Assembly: GCA_963665115.1 (NCBI GenBank) | Contig: OY762007.1 | Span: 1,504,001 to 1,568,000, forward strand | From: an uncultured Rivularia sp. | GTDB taxonomy: Bacteria > Cyanobacteriota > Cyanobacteriia > Cyanobacteriales > Nostocaceae | Length of the DNA: 64,000 nucleotides | Direction: 5' to 3' | Shown: positions 1-10,636 of the stretch, piece by piece | Numbering within the stretch: the first letter of the stretch is position 1 | How the letters are laid out: every line of letters starts with the position of its first letter | The notes under the pieces: model-generated | What the model saw: the letters and a program-made list of their open reading frames with translations, nothing else | What the model was told of the DNA's origin: nothing | Database searches by the model: none | Made by a program: the position numbers and the translations under genes

Positions 1-2357
1 CCTGGTGAACCAGTTCCGGGAGGACGTTGATTACTAGATTGAAAATTGCTTGCGCTTATTGTTGCTCCGTCTTGCACAATTAATTTATCGGTTTCTAGGA
101 TTAAATTACCACCGTTTCCACTACCTTCAATTGCAGAAGCAAATAAACCACCATTTTGAATTCTATTTTCATCTAAACTACCAATTAATTGAATAATTTC
201 TGATGCTTTTATTCTTAAAGTTCCTGCATCTCCTTCACCAAAAGTAATGGCTCCTAATTGTGAAGTATCTTCTAATCTAAAAAAATCTGTAATTATATTT
301 AAATTCCCAGCATCTCCGGAACTGAAAGTAGTAGCTGAAACTCTTGCATCATTTCTTAGTGTTAAGTTGTTAGTTTTTATATTTATATTTCCTGCTTTAC
401 CATCTCCGGAAGTATCAGAACTGATAAACCCGTCATCATTCAGCAAAAGTAAACCTGTAGTAATATCAATATTTCCTCCCTCTCCCACTGCATCAGACTC
501 AACAGTGGTGCTAATTTGACTGGGAAATATATCAGTAGCATTAGCGAATGCTGAAAGACCTTCTCCCTCTACAACCATGCGATCGCGAACATTAATCGTA
601 ATATTACCTGCTTTTCCAATATTTTCTAAATCGGCTAGCAATGAAGAACCGTCTTGAAGCAGTAAAGTCCCAGTGTTTATGTTAATATCTCCTCCTTTCC
701 CAACACCGCCTTCCTCACTAACTTCGGTGATAATATCCGAATCTAATAAGAAAACCTGGTTTTGTGCGTTGATTGAGATGCTGCCTGCATTTCCCCGCCC
801 CTGCGTAGCGCTAATTATTTGAGCGCGATTAGTCATAGAAAGAGAGCTTGTAGTAATATCAACATCACCACCGTTACCCACTGCTCCAACTTCGACTCTG
901 CTAATAACTAAACTAGGAGAATCATTAGCGTTGCGACCGTCTAAGGACACTTGATCGCGAGCATCAATTGTAATTTTTCCTGAATTTCCTTCACCGTATA
1001 CAAGGGATTGTATCTGAGCGCCATCAGTGACGGCAAGAGAGCCTGTAGTAATATTTATTCCACTTGTATTACCCATTGCTTCAGAGCGAATATTATTGAA
1101 AATAAAGCTATTGTTATTTCCACCACTACTTTTTACAGATACTGTATTTTCACCAAGAATATTTATACTACCAGCATTTCCCATTCCATCAGTACTAGCT
1201 GATATTCTGCCACCGTCATTTATTTCAACAGATTTTCCTACTATATTTATATCCCCACTGTTACCAACAGCATCAGAATTAACATCATTATTAACTTCAC
1301 TTACGGGATTGGCAATAGTTATCTTTTCTGTTGCATCTAGGGTAATGTCTCCTGCTTGAACATCCACTGAACCCAGTTGGCTTAATATTCCAGCTTCAAG
1401 GCTACTCCCTCCCAAAATATCAATATTCTTTCCTTTAACGACAATATCTCCACCACCACCAGCAGTTACAATCACACCACCGTCGTTAGTTAAACTTATA
1501 TTTCCTCTTGATGCAGTATCTGCAAGGCTTAAACTCAAATTATTACTATCTTGATTGAGTTCTACTCTTCCTTTACCAGCGATACTTGCTAAATCAACTC
1601 TTCCCCCAGGAGCAAATAATTTCCCACCATCCAAACTGACATTTCCACCAACCAACAACAAACTCTTACCATCTAACACCTGCAAACCGTTAATCGGACG
1701 ATTTGCATCACCATTAAAAGCCCTTCCCAATAAAGTACTTGTCGCTCTCGAACGATTAACTATTGCTGATTGACTATTAACGGCATTAAAAAACAAAGCC
1801 GAAGGATTAACCGAAAGTAAACTACTTTGTTCCGGATTCGTCGCCCTAAAAACCCCCTGCTCCCCAAATTCAATCCCATCCGCAGTAGTTGCGACAAACG
1901 AACCACCCACATCCAAACTGGCATTTTCTCCAAACACAATTCCGTTGGGATTAATCAAATATAAATTGGGGTTAGAAGTAATTCCCGTTAAGTTAGAAAT
2001 CCCCAGAGTTCCCAAAATATTAGAAGGATTATTACCAGTAACGCGAGTCAAGATATTTTGCAGATTGTTATCGTTGTTAAAAAAATAACTACTACGACCT
2101 TCACCAACGTTAAATTCTTTGAAGCTATGGAAAAGATTACTTCCTCTAGTTGCTCCACCAGCAATAGCATCGATAGCTAAACCACCGGAATCTAAAGGTA
2201 CAACTATAGAATTTTCGCTACCCAAAGTATCGTCAGGAATAATATTACTTTGAGCAAAAACAGGATATCTGCTTGATGCAAATATCTCTAATATGGTTGT
2301 ACTTAAAAGTCCCAGAAAACCCAAGTAAGACCGTTTATAAAAACTTATTTTATTCAT
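1..2357 (-). CDS. Filamentous haemagglutinin N-terminal (TPS) domain exoprotein, runs off the left edge
   Basis: Hand-translated from ATG 2357: MNKISFYKRSYLGFLGLL...AQSNIIPDDTLG, then NLFHSFKEFNV and [24 protein letters not shown] motifs and Gly/Asn-rich beta-helix repeats; the frame at base 1 is consistent with this start. Confidence 0.9.
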   Translation of the reverse strand, partial: MNKISFYKRSYLGFLGLLSTTILEIFASSRYPVFAQSNIIPDDTLGSENSIVVPLDSGGLAIDAIAGGATRGSNLFHSFKEFNVGEGRSSYFFNNDNNLQNILTRVTGNNPSNILGTLGISNLTGITSNPNLYLINPNGIVFGENASLDVGGSFVATTADGIEFGEQGVFRATNPEQSSLLSVNPSALFFNAVNSQSAIVNRSRATSTLLGRAFNGDANRPINGLQVLDGKSLLLVGGNVSLDGGKLFAPGGRVDLASIAGKGRVELNQDSNNLSLSLADTASRGNISLTNDGGVIVTAGGGGDIVVKGKNIDILGGSSLEAGILSQLGSVDVQAGDITLDATEKITIANPVSEVNNDVNSDAVGNSGDINIVGKSVEINDGGRISASTDGMGNAGSINILGENTVSVKSSGGNNNSFIFNNIRSEAMGNTSGINITTGSLAVTDGAQIQSLVYGEGNSGKITIDARDQVSLDGRNANDSPSLVISRVEVGAVGNGGDVDITTSSLSMTNRAQIISATQGRGNAGSISINAQNQVFLLDSDIITEVSEEGGVGKGGDININTGTLLLQDGSSLLADLENIGKAGNITINVRDRMVVEGEGLSAFANATDIFPSQISTTVESDAVGEGGNIDITTGLLLLNDDGFISSDTSGDGKAGNINIKTNNLTLRNDARVSATTFSSGDAGNLNIITDFFRLEDTSQLGAITFGEGDAGTLRIKASEIIQLIGSLDENRIQNGGLFASAIEGSGNGGNLILETDKLIVQDGATISASNFQSSNQRPPGTGSP

Positions 2358-2534
2358 TACAGTTGATAATTTTTATGTTACTAAAAAGTAGTTTTATGAA
2401 ATATCAATAATTTACCACATATTCAATTAATTTAGATAGGTAAAAAGAAACCCGATTTGTCAAAACCAGGCTTATAATTTCTCGTTTCAGAATTTAGGAT
2501 TACGATGTATAAGAAAAATTTGCATTTCTAATTC

Positions 2535-3281
2535 TTATAATCGAATATCTGAAATTTTCTGAAGATATTCAATTTGTTTGTTGATAATTTCAATTTTGTA
2601 TTTTGTTTCTGTATTTATAGAAGCCTCTACCTGTGCGAGTTCTTTTAATAAAATTGACCCACTTTGACTAAGTTTACCATCACCTGTTTTTTTTAAGGCT
2701 TCTTCAAGCGCTTCATACCACAAATCGTTTTCAGCATAATGTTTCACACTTTCGTGTATAGTGCTAAATCTTGTTTTAGAAAAGGATTGAGGAACAACAT
2801 CAAATTCTGCACGTCCAATTATTGGATTTCCACCTTCACAGTAAAGTGTAATCTGCCATAAATACTTTTTACCTGCTGTAAGTTCTGGATAATCGGTAGG
2901 AAGTTTTAATTTATTAATGCCTGCAATTGCTGATATTTCTTGGGGTTTACCAATTGTTTTAACTTCTTTGTCTGATATAAATTCCGCAAGTCGGAATCGC
3001 ACGTTTTGAGAATCCGACATATAGAAAGCAAGCATTGGACGTTTAGCAGTTGTTTTACCCACAAATGTCTTTGGTGCGAGTAGCGTCAGAGGTATATCAC
3101 TATCACTACTACCCGGACATCCACGAGAACCACCACCACGGGAATATCCGCTCGCGGCTTTGCGATTGCGAGGTTTATATTCAGCATATGCGGGAACTGC
3201 TGTAGCAAAGAAAAATACCGCTGCAATTAAACTTGTAAATCTGCGACTATTTTGCCAAAATCTTAAAGTGCGATGGCTCAT
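2535..3281 (-). CDS. DUF928 domain secreted protein
   Basis: Signal peptide (AYA|E), GGGSRGC, LTLLAP..GKT..RP, Y-x-W, YAENDLWYEAL motifs. Confidence 0.85.
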   Translation of the reverse strand: MSHRTLRFWQNSRRFTSLIAAVFFFATAVPAYAEYKPRNRKAASGYSRGGGSRGCPGSSDSDIPLTLLAPKTFVGKTTAKRPMLAFYMSDSQNVRFRLAEFISDKEVKTIGKPQEISAIAGINKLKLPTDYPELTAGKKYLWQITLYCEGGNPIIGRAEFDVVPQSFSKTRFSTIHESVKHYAENDLWYEALEEALKKTGDGKLSQSGSILLKELAQVEASINTETKYKIEIINKQIEYLQKISDIRL

Positions 3282-3444
3282 GATGTTAGCTCAATGTATT
3301 TTTTTGTAAAAAGTAGACGGTGGAAATACAAACGAAATTATTATAAACAATACATGAGACGCAAGTAGTAATTAACAAAAATTATTAATATAAAGAACAC
3401 ATAAATTTTTAACATTAAATATCGGGTATTATATAAGCAATAAA

Positions 3445-5352
3445 TTAAAATCCTCTCATGGGTATCCAGCTAAGTTCGCAGATTGTGCCGCGAGGAGAAA
3501 GGGGTTCCCGGCGAAAATTTCCTCCTAATTTTTTTGCAAGTAATTTAGAATATTTTGTACCTTTATTTTCCAGTTTTGATTTAATTCCGGAGCCGTTATC
3601 TTTCACCCACAATTTATAATGACTTGCAGAATAGGTACCTGATGCCTGAATGCGTTTTACACCTTGAGCGTGTTTGCCAACATTACATAATGCTTCTTCT
3701 AAAAACAAGCAAATGCTGCGTTTTTGTTCCCTGCTTAAATATTTATCATCAATTGGGTCGAAATTACGAATTTTAACTTTTAAAGTTTTAAAGTGTTCAA
3801 AATCATGCCGTTCTAAGGTACTCGAATATACTTCATATAATAAATCGTGAAGTGGTCGCTTTAAATCTAAAATTAATCCACCTCCCAAACGCAAAACTTC
3901 TTTTTCACCTAATGCTTCTAACTTCAGAAATTCGCTAATTTCTCTAATTTTTTGGTTGAGCTTTTCAAACTGCCAAATCAGTTGTTCGTAGGGTATATCT
4001 TGGGCACGCATATGTCTTAATCCATAGGCAAGGGTTTGTAAGGGACCATTATGAATAACATCAAAAGTGTAATTAATCGTGCTTTGTCGTTCTTCAATTT
4101 GCCGTTTCAAAAACTTATCGTGCTGGTAAAATGCAAAAGCACTCAAACCAACTCCATTTACAGCAAATATCACAACATTAGGTGCAATGGGAATCCACAT
4201 ACCCCACAACCACAGCATCACATAGCCGTAGCCAAACAAACAAACAGATACGATTCCGACACTAAGTAAATTTTTCCATACAGATTGAGTTAATCGTCCC
4301 AAAGCAATCGGCACAAAACCCCAAATAAATATCCATAGGTACTCTTCGGTCTCTCCCCAACTGTTTAACATAGGACGATTATTAGGACGATTATTAGGAG
4401 GATTATCAATTACATAACTAAGAATCTCGCTAATGGCATGAGCGTGATAGTCAACACCATAAATTTGACCCTTTAATGGGAATGTTGGTGCGGCAGACGT
4501 GTAAAAAATATCGCCAGCACTAGTATTGCGATTACCTACTAAAATAATGCGATCGCGCAACCATTTTGGATTAACTTCCCCGTTGAGGACATTCCGCAGC
4601 GATACTACACGGAAAGGTTTATAACTGTTGCGAAAGTTCATTAAAATCCACAATCCACCATCATCAACATCAACGTATCCGCCAAAATTCTTGCTACTGA
4701 TGCGGGGTAATTCTTTACCGCGAATCGCGATTGGATCGGGGTAGTTTATTCTAGTTTCTTCTGCACTGAAGTACCGAGTCACTAATCGCAGTGCTAGAGA
4801 ATATTTATCTTTTTCAGGGTTTTGCGAATTTTTTGGGTCTGGTGTATATAACAAATAGCGGCGATTTTTACTATCCTCATCATTAAGTAAATCGGCGAAT
4901 CCAACTTGTTTGTGTGACAAACTCTTGTGTGGGGGAACTTCTCCGGGTGGTAGAATTTTATCGATACCAATTATATTTGTATTTTCCCGTAAAACTTTAG
5001 TTAGTTGTTCGCTCCCAGGTTCCACGGGAACATTTTTGAATAGATCCAAGCCAATCGCTCGTGGTTTATAGGTTTGCAGCTTGGTAAGTAATTCAGCAAC
5101 TTTTCCATCGGGGATTGGATATTGTTTTACAAAATCAATATCTTTTGCATCAATCCCGACAATTACTACTCGCTCGTCAACTGGTTCTTTTGGACGCAAA
5201 CGCAACATTGCATCGAGGAACATCCATTCTAAAGATTGCATTCCTCCAAGCATACGTATTAATATCACCGCAGCCAGCACAATCATTCCTGGAGGTGCAG
5301 CACGGAACCACAACTCGAATTCTTTGTTAATGCGTTTCCAGATTCTGTTCAC
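3445..5352 (-). CDS. CHASE2-domain sensor histidine kinase (HisKA_3/HATPase-like)
   Basis: CHASE2 motifs (RVVIVGID, PRAIGLD, GVDYHA), three TM segments, IHNGPLQ, EEALCNVGKHA, DNGSG; start placed at GTG 5352 because the ORF-track extension (YPL)n is a 9-bp repeat. Confidence 0.85.
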   Translation of the reverse strand: MNRIWKRINKEFELWFRAAPPGMIVLAAVILIRMLGGMQSLEWMFLDAMLRLRPKEPVDERVVIVGIDAKDIDFVKQYPIPDGKVAELLTKLQTYKPRAIGLDLFKNVPVEPGSEQLTKVLRENTNIIGIDKILPPGEVPPHKSLSHKQVGFADLLNDEDSKNRRYLLYTPDPKNSQNPEKDKYSLALRLVTRYFSAEETRINYPDPIAIRGKELPRISSKNFGGYVDVDDGGLWILMNFRNSYKPFRVVSLRNVLNGEVNPKWLRDRIILVGNRNTSAGDIFYTSAAPTFPLKGQIYGVDYHAHAISEILSYVIDNPPNNRPNNRPMLNSWGETEEYLWIFIWGFVPIALGRLTQSVWKNLLSVGIVSVCLFGYGYVMLWLWGMWIPIAPNVVIFAVNGVGLSAFAFYQHDKFLKRQIEERQSTINYTFDVIHNGPLQTLAYGLRHMRAQDIPYEQLIWQFEKLNQKIREISEFLKLEALGEKEVLRLGGGLILDLKRPLHDLLYEVYSSTLERHDFEHFKTLKVKIRNFDPIDDKYLSREQKRSICLFLEEALCNVGKHAQGVKRIQASGTYSASHYKLWVKDNGSGIKSKLENKGTKYSKLLAKKLGGNFRREPLSPRGTICELSWIPMRGF

Positions 5353-5362
5353 AATCTTATCA

Positions 5363-5413
5363 GGGGAGAGGGGGTAGAGGGGGTAGAGGGGGTAGAGGGG
5401 GTAGAGGGGGTAG
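5363..5413. repeat. Short tandem repeat (GGGGTAGAG)n
   Basis: About five 9-bp units directly visible. Confidence 0.9.
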
Positions 5414-5466
5414 ATAATTATTAACTCATAACCACTAACAACTAACAACTAACCACTAACAAATTT

Positions 5467-5723
5467 CTAATCAATTAAGCCTTCTTCTCTAGAACGAATT
5501 TCGGTTTGGATTCGCAGGTTTTTGCCGCTTTGCTTGCAGTCTTCAGGATATACTCCCAAAACATCCTGAATTTTTGTCCAGTAAGTCCGCACTGCTCGTT
5601 CTGATTTATACATTCGATTGGCGATTTCTTTATCTGTCAAACCATCTTCAAAAGCTAATCGCAAAACATCCACCCATTCGGGTTTGAGTTCGATTCCTGT
5701 TCCACACATCATGGTTAAATCCT
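5467..5723 (-). pseudogene. C-terminal HTH part of a LuxR-type response regulator; receiver domain missing
   Basis: LKPEWVDVLRLAFEDGLTDKEIA..SERAVRTYW..NLRIQTEIRSREEGLID; the upstream sequence is the IS right end. Confidence 0.8.
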
Positions 5724-5860
5724 CCGTTACATAAAACTTACCCAAAACTACCTATAACTAGACAAATCTAGACATATATGATTTTAGTGTTTACTTCCTG
5801 CTTCAAGCTGGGGTAGTCGGCTACTTCCCATCCACAGGCTGAAACTGTCTAACTGACAGC
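5705..5860 (-). ncRNA. Putative TnpB omega/reRNA (element right end plus flank-derived guide)
   Basis: Positional inference from known TnpB biology; structured sequence (GTAGCCGACTAC hairpin) lies downstream of tnpB; boundaries approximate. Confidence 0.5.
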
Positions 5861-6937
5861 CTTAGATAAATTGATTGCAGCGTTTAAATCGCGGTCAATC
5901 GTAAAATTACAGTTCTTACAATCAAACACTCTTTCCAGAAGAGAGAGTACTTCCTTTTTATGACCACAATTGGAACAAGTTTTAGATGATGGAAACCATC
6001 TATCAACCACAACTAGTTTGGAGCCGTACAATTTACATTTGTATTCAAGTTGTCTTCTAACTTCATAAAATCCCATATCAGAAATCGATAAGGCTAGTTT
6101 ATGATTTTTCATCATACCCGATACATTTAAATCTTCTATCACTATCGTTCCGTGATTCTTGGCTAATAATGATGTCAATTTATGGATAGAATATGCTCTT
6201 ATATTGGAAATTCTTCTATGAAGTCTAGCTATTTTTAGTTGAGTTTTTCTCCAATTTTTAGAACCAATCACTTTATTGCGATTTAACCACTGCAATCGAG
6301 ATAATTTAGTTTTATTTTTACGATAGGCTTTCGCTCCTTCTATAACTTCACCTGTCGATAAGGTTGCTAGAGCCTTAACTCCTAAATCAACTCCTACAAC
6401 AGTTGTATTATTATTTTTTTGAATTTGGGTATCAATTTTAAAACTAATAAACCACCTATCTGCTTGTCGGGATATCGTTACAGATTTTATTTTATCTAGC
6501 TGGGGTAATTTCTCATATGTTTTTAATTTACCTATTCTTGGAACTTGAATTATAAAACTATCTATAGTCTTACAAGTTCCTTCCAAAGTAAATGAATCGT
6601 TTTTACCTTTCTTTTTAAACCTGGGTTGACCACTAACTGTTTTGAAGCATCTTTTCCAAGCAGTAGATAAATCTCTTAATGCTGATTGTGGTGCAGACTT
6701 TGAACACTCATAGTACCAAGGGTTTTCGGGTTTAACCAAAGCCACTAAGTATTTATGTAAATCAATCGCACTTGGAAATTTTATTTTAGAATCAGGATTA
6801 ATAAAATTGTTTTCTAATATTGCGCGGGTTAATGCTAATCCCCAATTCCAAGCATGTCTAGAAACTCCACAATGTTTGAGTAAAACAGTTTTTTGATTGT
6901 TATTTAATTTTAATTCTGTTTTAAATCCGAGTAACAT
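5849..6937 (-). CDS. tnpB: RNA-guided endonuclease TnpB
   Basis: RuvC motifs VGVDLG, IVIEDL and DRDLNAA; Zn finger CSNC/CKNC; all intact. Confidence 0.95.
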   Translation of the reverse strand: MLLGFKTELKLNNNQKTVLLKHCGVSRHAWNWGLALTRAILENNFINPDSKIKFPSAIDLHKYLVALVKPENPWYYECSKSAPQSALRDLSTAWKRCFKTVSGQPRFKKKGKNDSFTLEGTCKTIDSFIIQVPRIGKLKTYEKLPQLDKIKSVTISRQADRWFISFKIDTQIQKNNNTTVVGVDLGVKALATLSTGEVIEGAKAYRKNKTKLSRLQWLNRNKVIGSKNWRKTQLKIARLHRRISNIRAYSIHKLTSLLAKNHGTIVIEDLNVSGMMKNHKLALSISDMGFYEVRRQLEYKCKLYGSKLVVVDRWFPSSKTCSNCGHKKEVLSLLERVFDCKNCNFTIDRDLNAAINLSKAVS

Positions 6938-7125
6938 TGTATAAAATTTAGGTTTTCAAGTTTTATAAATATAAGGCATCTATCTTTTAGATTATTAGAT
7001 ATAAACATATCATTTTTATTACTATCATTAATAGTATAAATGTTAAATTTATTAATTCTTAAAATTTAATTGGCAGCCGTTGCCAACCATTAGTAGAATA
7101 AACAACCTTTAACCATCGCTTTACT

Positions 7126-7166
7126 GTAAAGCTCGCCGTGGGGATACTCCCCACGGCAGACTTTAC
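7126..7166. repeat. GC-rich hairpin GTAAAG-CTC-GCCGTGGGGA-TAC-TCCCCACGGC-AGA-CTTTAC
   Basis: Perfect 10-bp inner stem plus 6-bp outer stem. Confidence 0.8.
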
Positions 7167-7255
7167 GTAAATACGTATTACACACTTAACACGATATCTG
7201 GACAATATGGGTAAATATGTCTATTTATGGGTAGAAATTAGATAACAGTTACTAC

Positions 7256-7601
7256 CCCTTGTTTTGTAAGCTGCATGAACTGATTTCTGGATTCCACACA
7301 CTACCAAACTCATCAAATCTACCTGAGAAGAAAATAGCAAATCTTGTTGATACTGTGCTTATGCATATTCTGTAAATAATCTATCCACGCGCTCCGGCGC
7401 AAATATATGTGACATTAATACCTGCATCATCACACTTACTGGACTTTCTTTTATAAATCGCTCAAAGATAGAGGACAACATTCTTAAACACCCTGGTACT
7501 CATATTGCCCAGAATACCTTGAATTCACTATCAATAACCTATACTGTGAGCGGGCTCCAGTCTTGACTTAAATAGTTCATATGTTCGCATTGAAAGGGCT
7601 G
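7256..7601 (-). pseudogene. IS4-family element remnant (left end plus transposase N-terminus)
   Basis: From ATG 7481: MLSSIFERFIKESPVSVMMQVLMSHIFAPERVDRLFTEYA*AQYQQDLLFSSQVDLMSLVVCGIQKSVHAAYKTR, with internal TAA at 7359-7361; resembles cyanobacterial IS4 transposase N-termini. Confidence 0.7.
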
Positions 7602-7900
7602 GGTTTATATGGTTCTGATAATGGTGCTTTAATATCTAAAATATTTAAAACCATAACTATACTTGCTACACCACAGTAAGCTTGATTAATTTGGGTAACG
7701 AAATGCATACTCAAAGGAAAGAAATCTTCCCTTGATTTGCTTTCAATAAGTAATTTTTCACCTTCGTTAGAATCAAAACTAATCAAGTTTGAAGTTAGAG
7801 GTAACGTTTGGGCAATACTACTTCCAGCGTTCAAGCATATACCTAAAATCAATGCTTTGGAAAGCAATTTTATATTTCTCAACTTTTTGCGATTCATCAT
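7577..7900 (-). pseudogene. Phytochelatin synthase-like protein, truncated
   Basis: Signal peptide, DFFPLSMHFVTQINQAYCGVASIVMVLN (catalytic Cys motif); similarity stops after PYKP, where the IS4 end begins; the His/Asp half is absent. Confidence 0.85.
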
Positions 7901-8033
7901 ATAAATCCTGATAGAGCTTACAAATCATCTACAATATAGTGATTACTTGTCACTAAAATCTGTTTGACCTTGCTTACTATATAAATAAGGTATTCAATAA
8001 TCGAAGATAAAAACTGAAGATATTGAGTATCTT

Positions 8034-9101
8034 TTAAAGCTCAAATTGTTCCGTAATGCTGGAACTTTCTAAACTAACCTGTATGCTAAACTTTTTACCC
8101 GGTTCACCTTTAAAAACATTCAATTGGATGCAATTGTCTTGAACTCTTGAAGCCACTTCCTGAAGAACTTTACCCGCTTTAGAAATCAAAACTAATTTAA
8201 TATTTTGCGGCAAAGAAAAAAATCTGTCTGCTGGACGTAATTGAACCAAAACACTTATCTTATGTTGATTAGAACTATCTTTTTTATCAGGAAATATATG
8301 TATAATTAAAGCGAATTTATTGCTATCCAAATTTATTCCTAAATCAATAATTTTAGTTCTTTTTGTACCATTATCAAGAGTTCTGATACCAAAAGCTAAG
8401 TTTAGTTCTGATTTATAGAGAGAATCTAGCGTTTGCCAACTTTCGTCAAATACTCCCTGCAACCATTGACTTAATTTGGTAGTAGTAATATTTACAGTAT
8501 CAGATAATTTTTGATTTATTTGACTAACTTTATTATCTCCTAAAGATGGAATAAACTCTGATGAAGAGACATAACGCTGATAGAATAATAAATGATTCGG
8601 TTCCATATCAAATAACCATAGTGGAAATTCGTAATAACCATTATTTATTGACAATTTTAAATTGTTTTTGATGTCAACTAATTGGTTATAAGGTAAAAAT
8701 CCTCGAATTACAACTTGTTCCTCTTCTTCCAAAACCTCTAACAATACGTAAAAATGAGTTATTAATTCTAGCTTTTTAACAATTAATGAAGGTATACAAA
8801 CAGTCTGAGAAAGTACATTCTCGGTTGCGATCGCACAAAATCGGAAGTCATCGACTTGAAGAGTACCGGCTATTTCGATTACACTAATATCTTTAGTAAT
8901 AACTTTATCATTCAAACGTTTCTGCAACCATGCTTCAAAACCACTTAGCGCTAATGTATTAATATAAATTTGCCAAGAGGTATCGGGGTCAGTTTTGTCC
9001 GAGCGACTAGCCTGCTGTGCTGCATAAAAATGTTCAGCTTCTAACCAAACAGTTTCTGGTAACATGAGTCTCAGGTTTTGAGAAGAAGTTGAATTGAGCA
9101 T
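8034..9101 (-). CDS. DUF1822 family protein
   Basis: WQIYINTLAL, HFYVLLEV..EEEQV.IRGF, LSQWLQG.F..SWQ, TKIIDLG, LQEVASRVQDNCIQL. Confidence 0.85.
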   Translation of the reverse strand: MLNSTSSQNLRLMLPETVWLEAEHFYAAQQASRSDKTDPDTSWQIYINTLALSGFEAWLQKRLNDKVITKDISVIEIAGTLQVDDFRFCAIATENVLSQTVCIPSLIVKKLELITHFYVLLEVLEEEEQVVIRGFLPYNQLVDIKNNLKLSINNGYYEFPLWLFDMEPNHLLFYQRYVSSSEFIPSLGDNKVSQINQKLSDTVNITTTKLSQWLQGVFDESWQTLDSLYKSELNLAFGIRTLDNGTKRTKIIDLGINLDSNKFALIIHIFPDKKDSSNQHKISVLVQLRPADRFFSLPQNIKLVLISKAGKVLQEVASRVQDNCIQLNVFKGEPGKKFSIQVSLESSSITEQFEL

Positions 9102-9202
9102 TATTTAACCTCAGTACTAAATATAAATAGATGCGATTGAGACAAGCTTATCCAGTCTATTTAGATATTTAATAAATAGTTGATAGAAATATCTGATAAA
9201 TT

Positions 9203-10636
9203 TTAGGTGACTTCTTGAATATAAGAACAAATAGCTTGAGCATATACACTATTCATCCTTCGATTTGTTCCCGTTCTCATTTCTTCGCTAGCTTCTTGAA
9301 AAATTTCTTTATCAATATATAATTCAACTTGTTTAGTTAAATTTGCAATATAGTTTTCTGACGGTGGAATGTTAGTTAAACTTTTTTGTGTTGCTAGCTT
9401 TAAAATAGCTTCTAACATTAATTCTGTTGTTTTAGCACGTACTCCAGATAAAACTTCTCCTGGATTTAAAATTCGTTTTGCTTGATTCCAACTTGTCATT
9501 TTTAATATAGGAGCGATTTCTTTTAAAGTCATTGCATCATGATAGTAAAGCTGTAATCCCCAGATATATTTTTGAGCATAAGGTGCATAATTTCTGCTTT
9601 TTTGCAATCTTTGAATATTAGTCTCACACTGTTGCTTTATTGCTTTAGCTAAAGCTGAGTCAAGATGTTCTCGTAAAAATTGCAATAATTCTTGTTCTTC
9701 TATATTTATTTCATTAAAATCATCGGTATATAAATCAGACCTTGGAATGCTAGTATTACTTTGAGCATCGTATACATATAAATTTTCTCTATAAGTCCAG
9801 ATATCGTATCTTCTAAACAAAAGAGCAATTCGTTTGAGTGCTTCAAATAAGAGCAAAGTGGTACTAATCGAAACTTGCCGAGAACGTAAATAAACTAACA
9901 TCTCCTGTAATTGAGCAGAAGTTGGGTCGGGACACCTTCTAGAAACAGCACTGCGTGAGAGCTGTCTATCTCGACGATAAACAGCATGATAAGCTTCAAG
10001 TATATAGCGTTCTTGAAGCGACAAACGTTCAAGTTGCTCGGCTCTAGTTCGATTTAAAATAGCCCAATCACTAAGATGTTTTAAACCAAACTCAGACAAA
10101 ATTTTTTTTATTTGATAATTTCGTCTTGTTTGTAAATGTGCCCAATTATCCAAGCCCGTTCCTGATTGTAAATCAGCATTAAAAGTTTGTAGTATCTTTA
10201 GCGCAAAGCAATCAAATGTTGACTGCTTTAATTGATTATTTTGATCTACACTAAGTTGTGTTTTACCATCTTTATCCAAAACAATCAGATTTTTGCCATC
10301 ATCATTAAGAACAAAAGGTAATAAATCCCAATAACTAAATCGCTTTTCACCGCTATATAAATAATCTATTCTCTTACATTCAAGAAGTATTGCTTCAGAA
10401 ATATAACATCTAAGACAAAGACCTGCTTTAGCACGATCAAACAAATCAATATTGGGATTTTCGCCTTTAAACATAGATAATAAACTACTTTGAAGAGCAG
10501 TATTTTCGATATCAGCAAATTGGCTATTTACAAACTCTTGAGCCATTTCTACGTTGATTAGTTTATACCCTAATTTTCCCTGGGCAGGGTCGATTCGCCA
10601 AATTTTCCAGTATCTATCAGAAGTATTCATAGTCAC
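9203..10636 (-). CDS. Hypothetical sigma-factor-like protein paired with DUF1822
   Basis: AGLCLRCYIS, LSDWAILN and C-terminal HTH-like LYY..MTLKEIA resemble the sigma-70 protein at 27115-28302; same position upstream of DUF1822. Confidence 0.6.
   Translation of the reverse strand: MTMNTSDRYWKIWRIDPAQGKLGYKLINVEMAQEFVNSQFADIENTALQSSLLSMFKGENPNIDLFDRAKAGLCLRCYISEAILLECKRIDYLYSGEKRFSYWDLLPFVLNDDGKNLIVLDKDGKTQLSVDQNNQLKQSTFDCFALKILQTFNADLQSGTGLDNWAHLQTRRNYQIKKILSEFGLKHLSDWAILNRTRAEQLERLSLQERYILEAYHAVYRRDRQLSRSAVSRRCPDPTSAQLQEMLVYLRSRQVSISTTLLLFEALKRIALLFRRYDIWTYRENLYVYDAQSNTSIPRSDLYTDDFNEINIEEQELLQFLREHLDSALAKAIKQQCETNIQRLQKSRNYAPYAQKYIWGLQLYYHDAMTLKEIAPILKMTSWNQAKRILNPGEVLSGVRAKTTELMLEAILKLATQKSLTNIPPSENYIANLTKQVELYIDKEIFQEASEEMRTGTNRRMNSVYAQAICSYIQEVT

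Larger units (their letters stand above)
5724..7256 (-). mobile_element. Non-autonomous IS607-type element (tnpB only)
   Basis: tnpB with cyanobacterial IS607-type N-terminus MLLGFKTELKLNN; GG at both junctions; 10-bp-periodic motif arrays near both ends (5737-5776, 7197-7237); no tnpA ORF. Confidence 0.7.

Noticed and set aside
247..1773. Plus-strand ORFs rich in ILPP/FPAFP (similar ones at 12196-14830 and 19020-21240)
   Set aside because: Antisense shadows of Gly/Asn-rich haemagglutinin repeats
5353..5448. N-terminal extension MLVVSG...YPLYPLYPL of the CHASE2 kinase
   Set aside because: It is translated intergenic tandem repeat; GTG 5352 is the more plausible start
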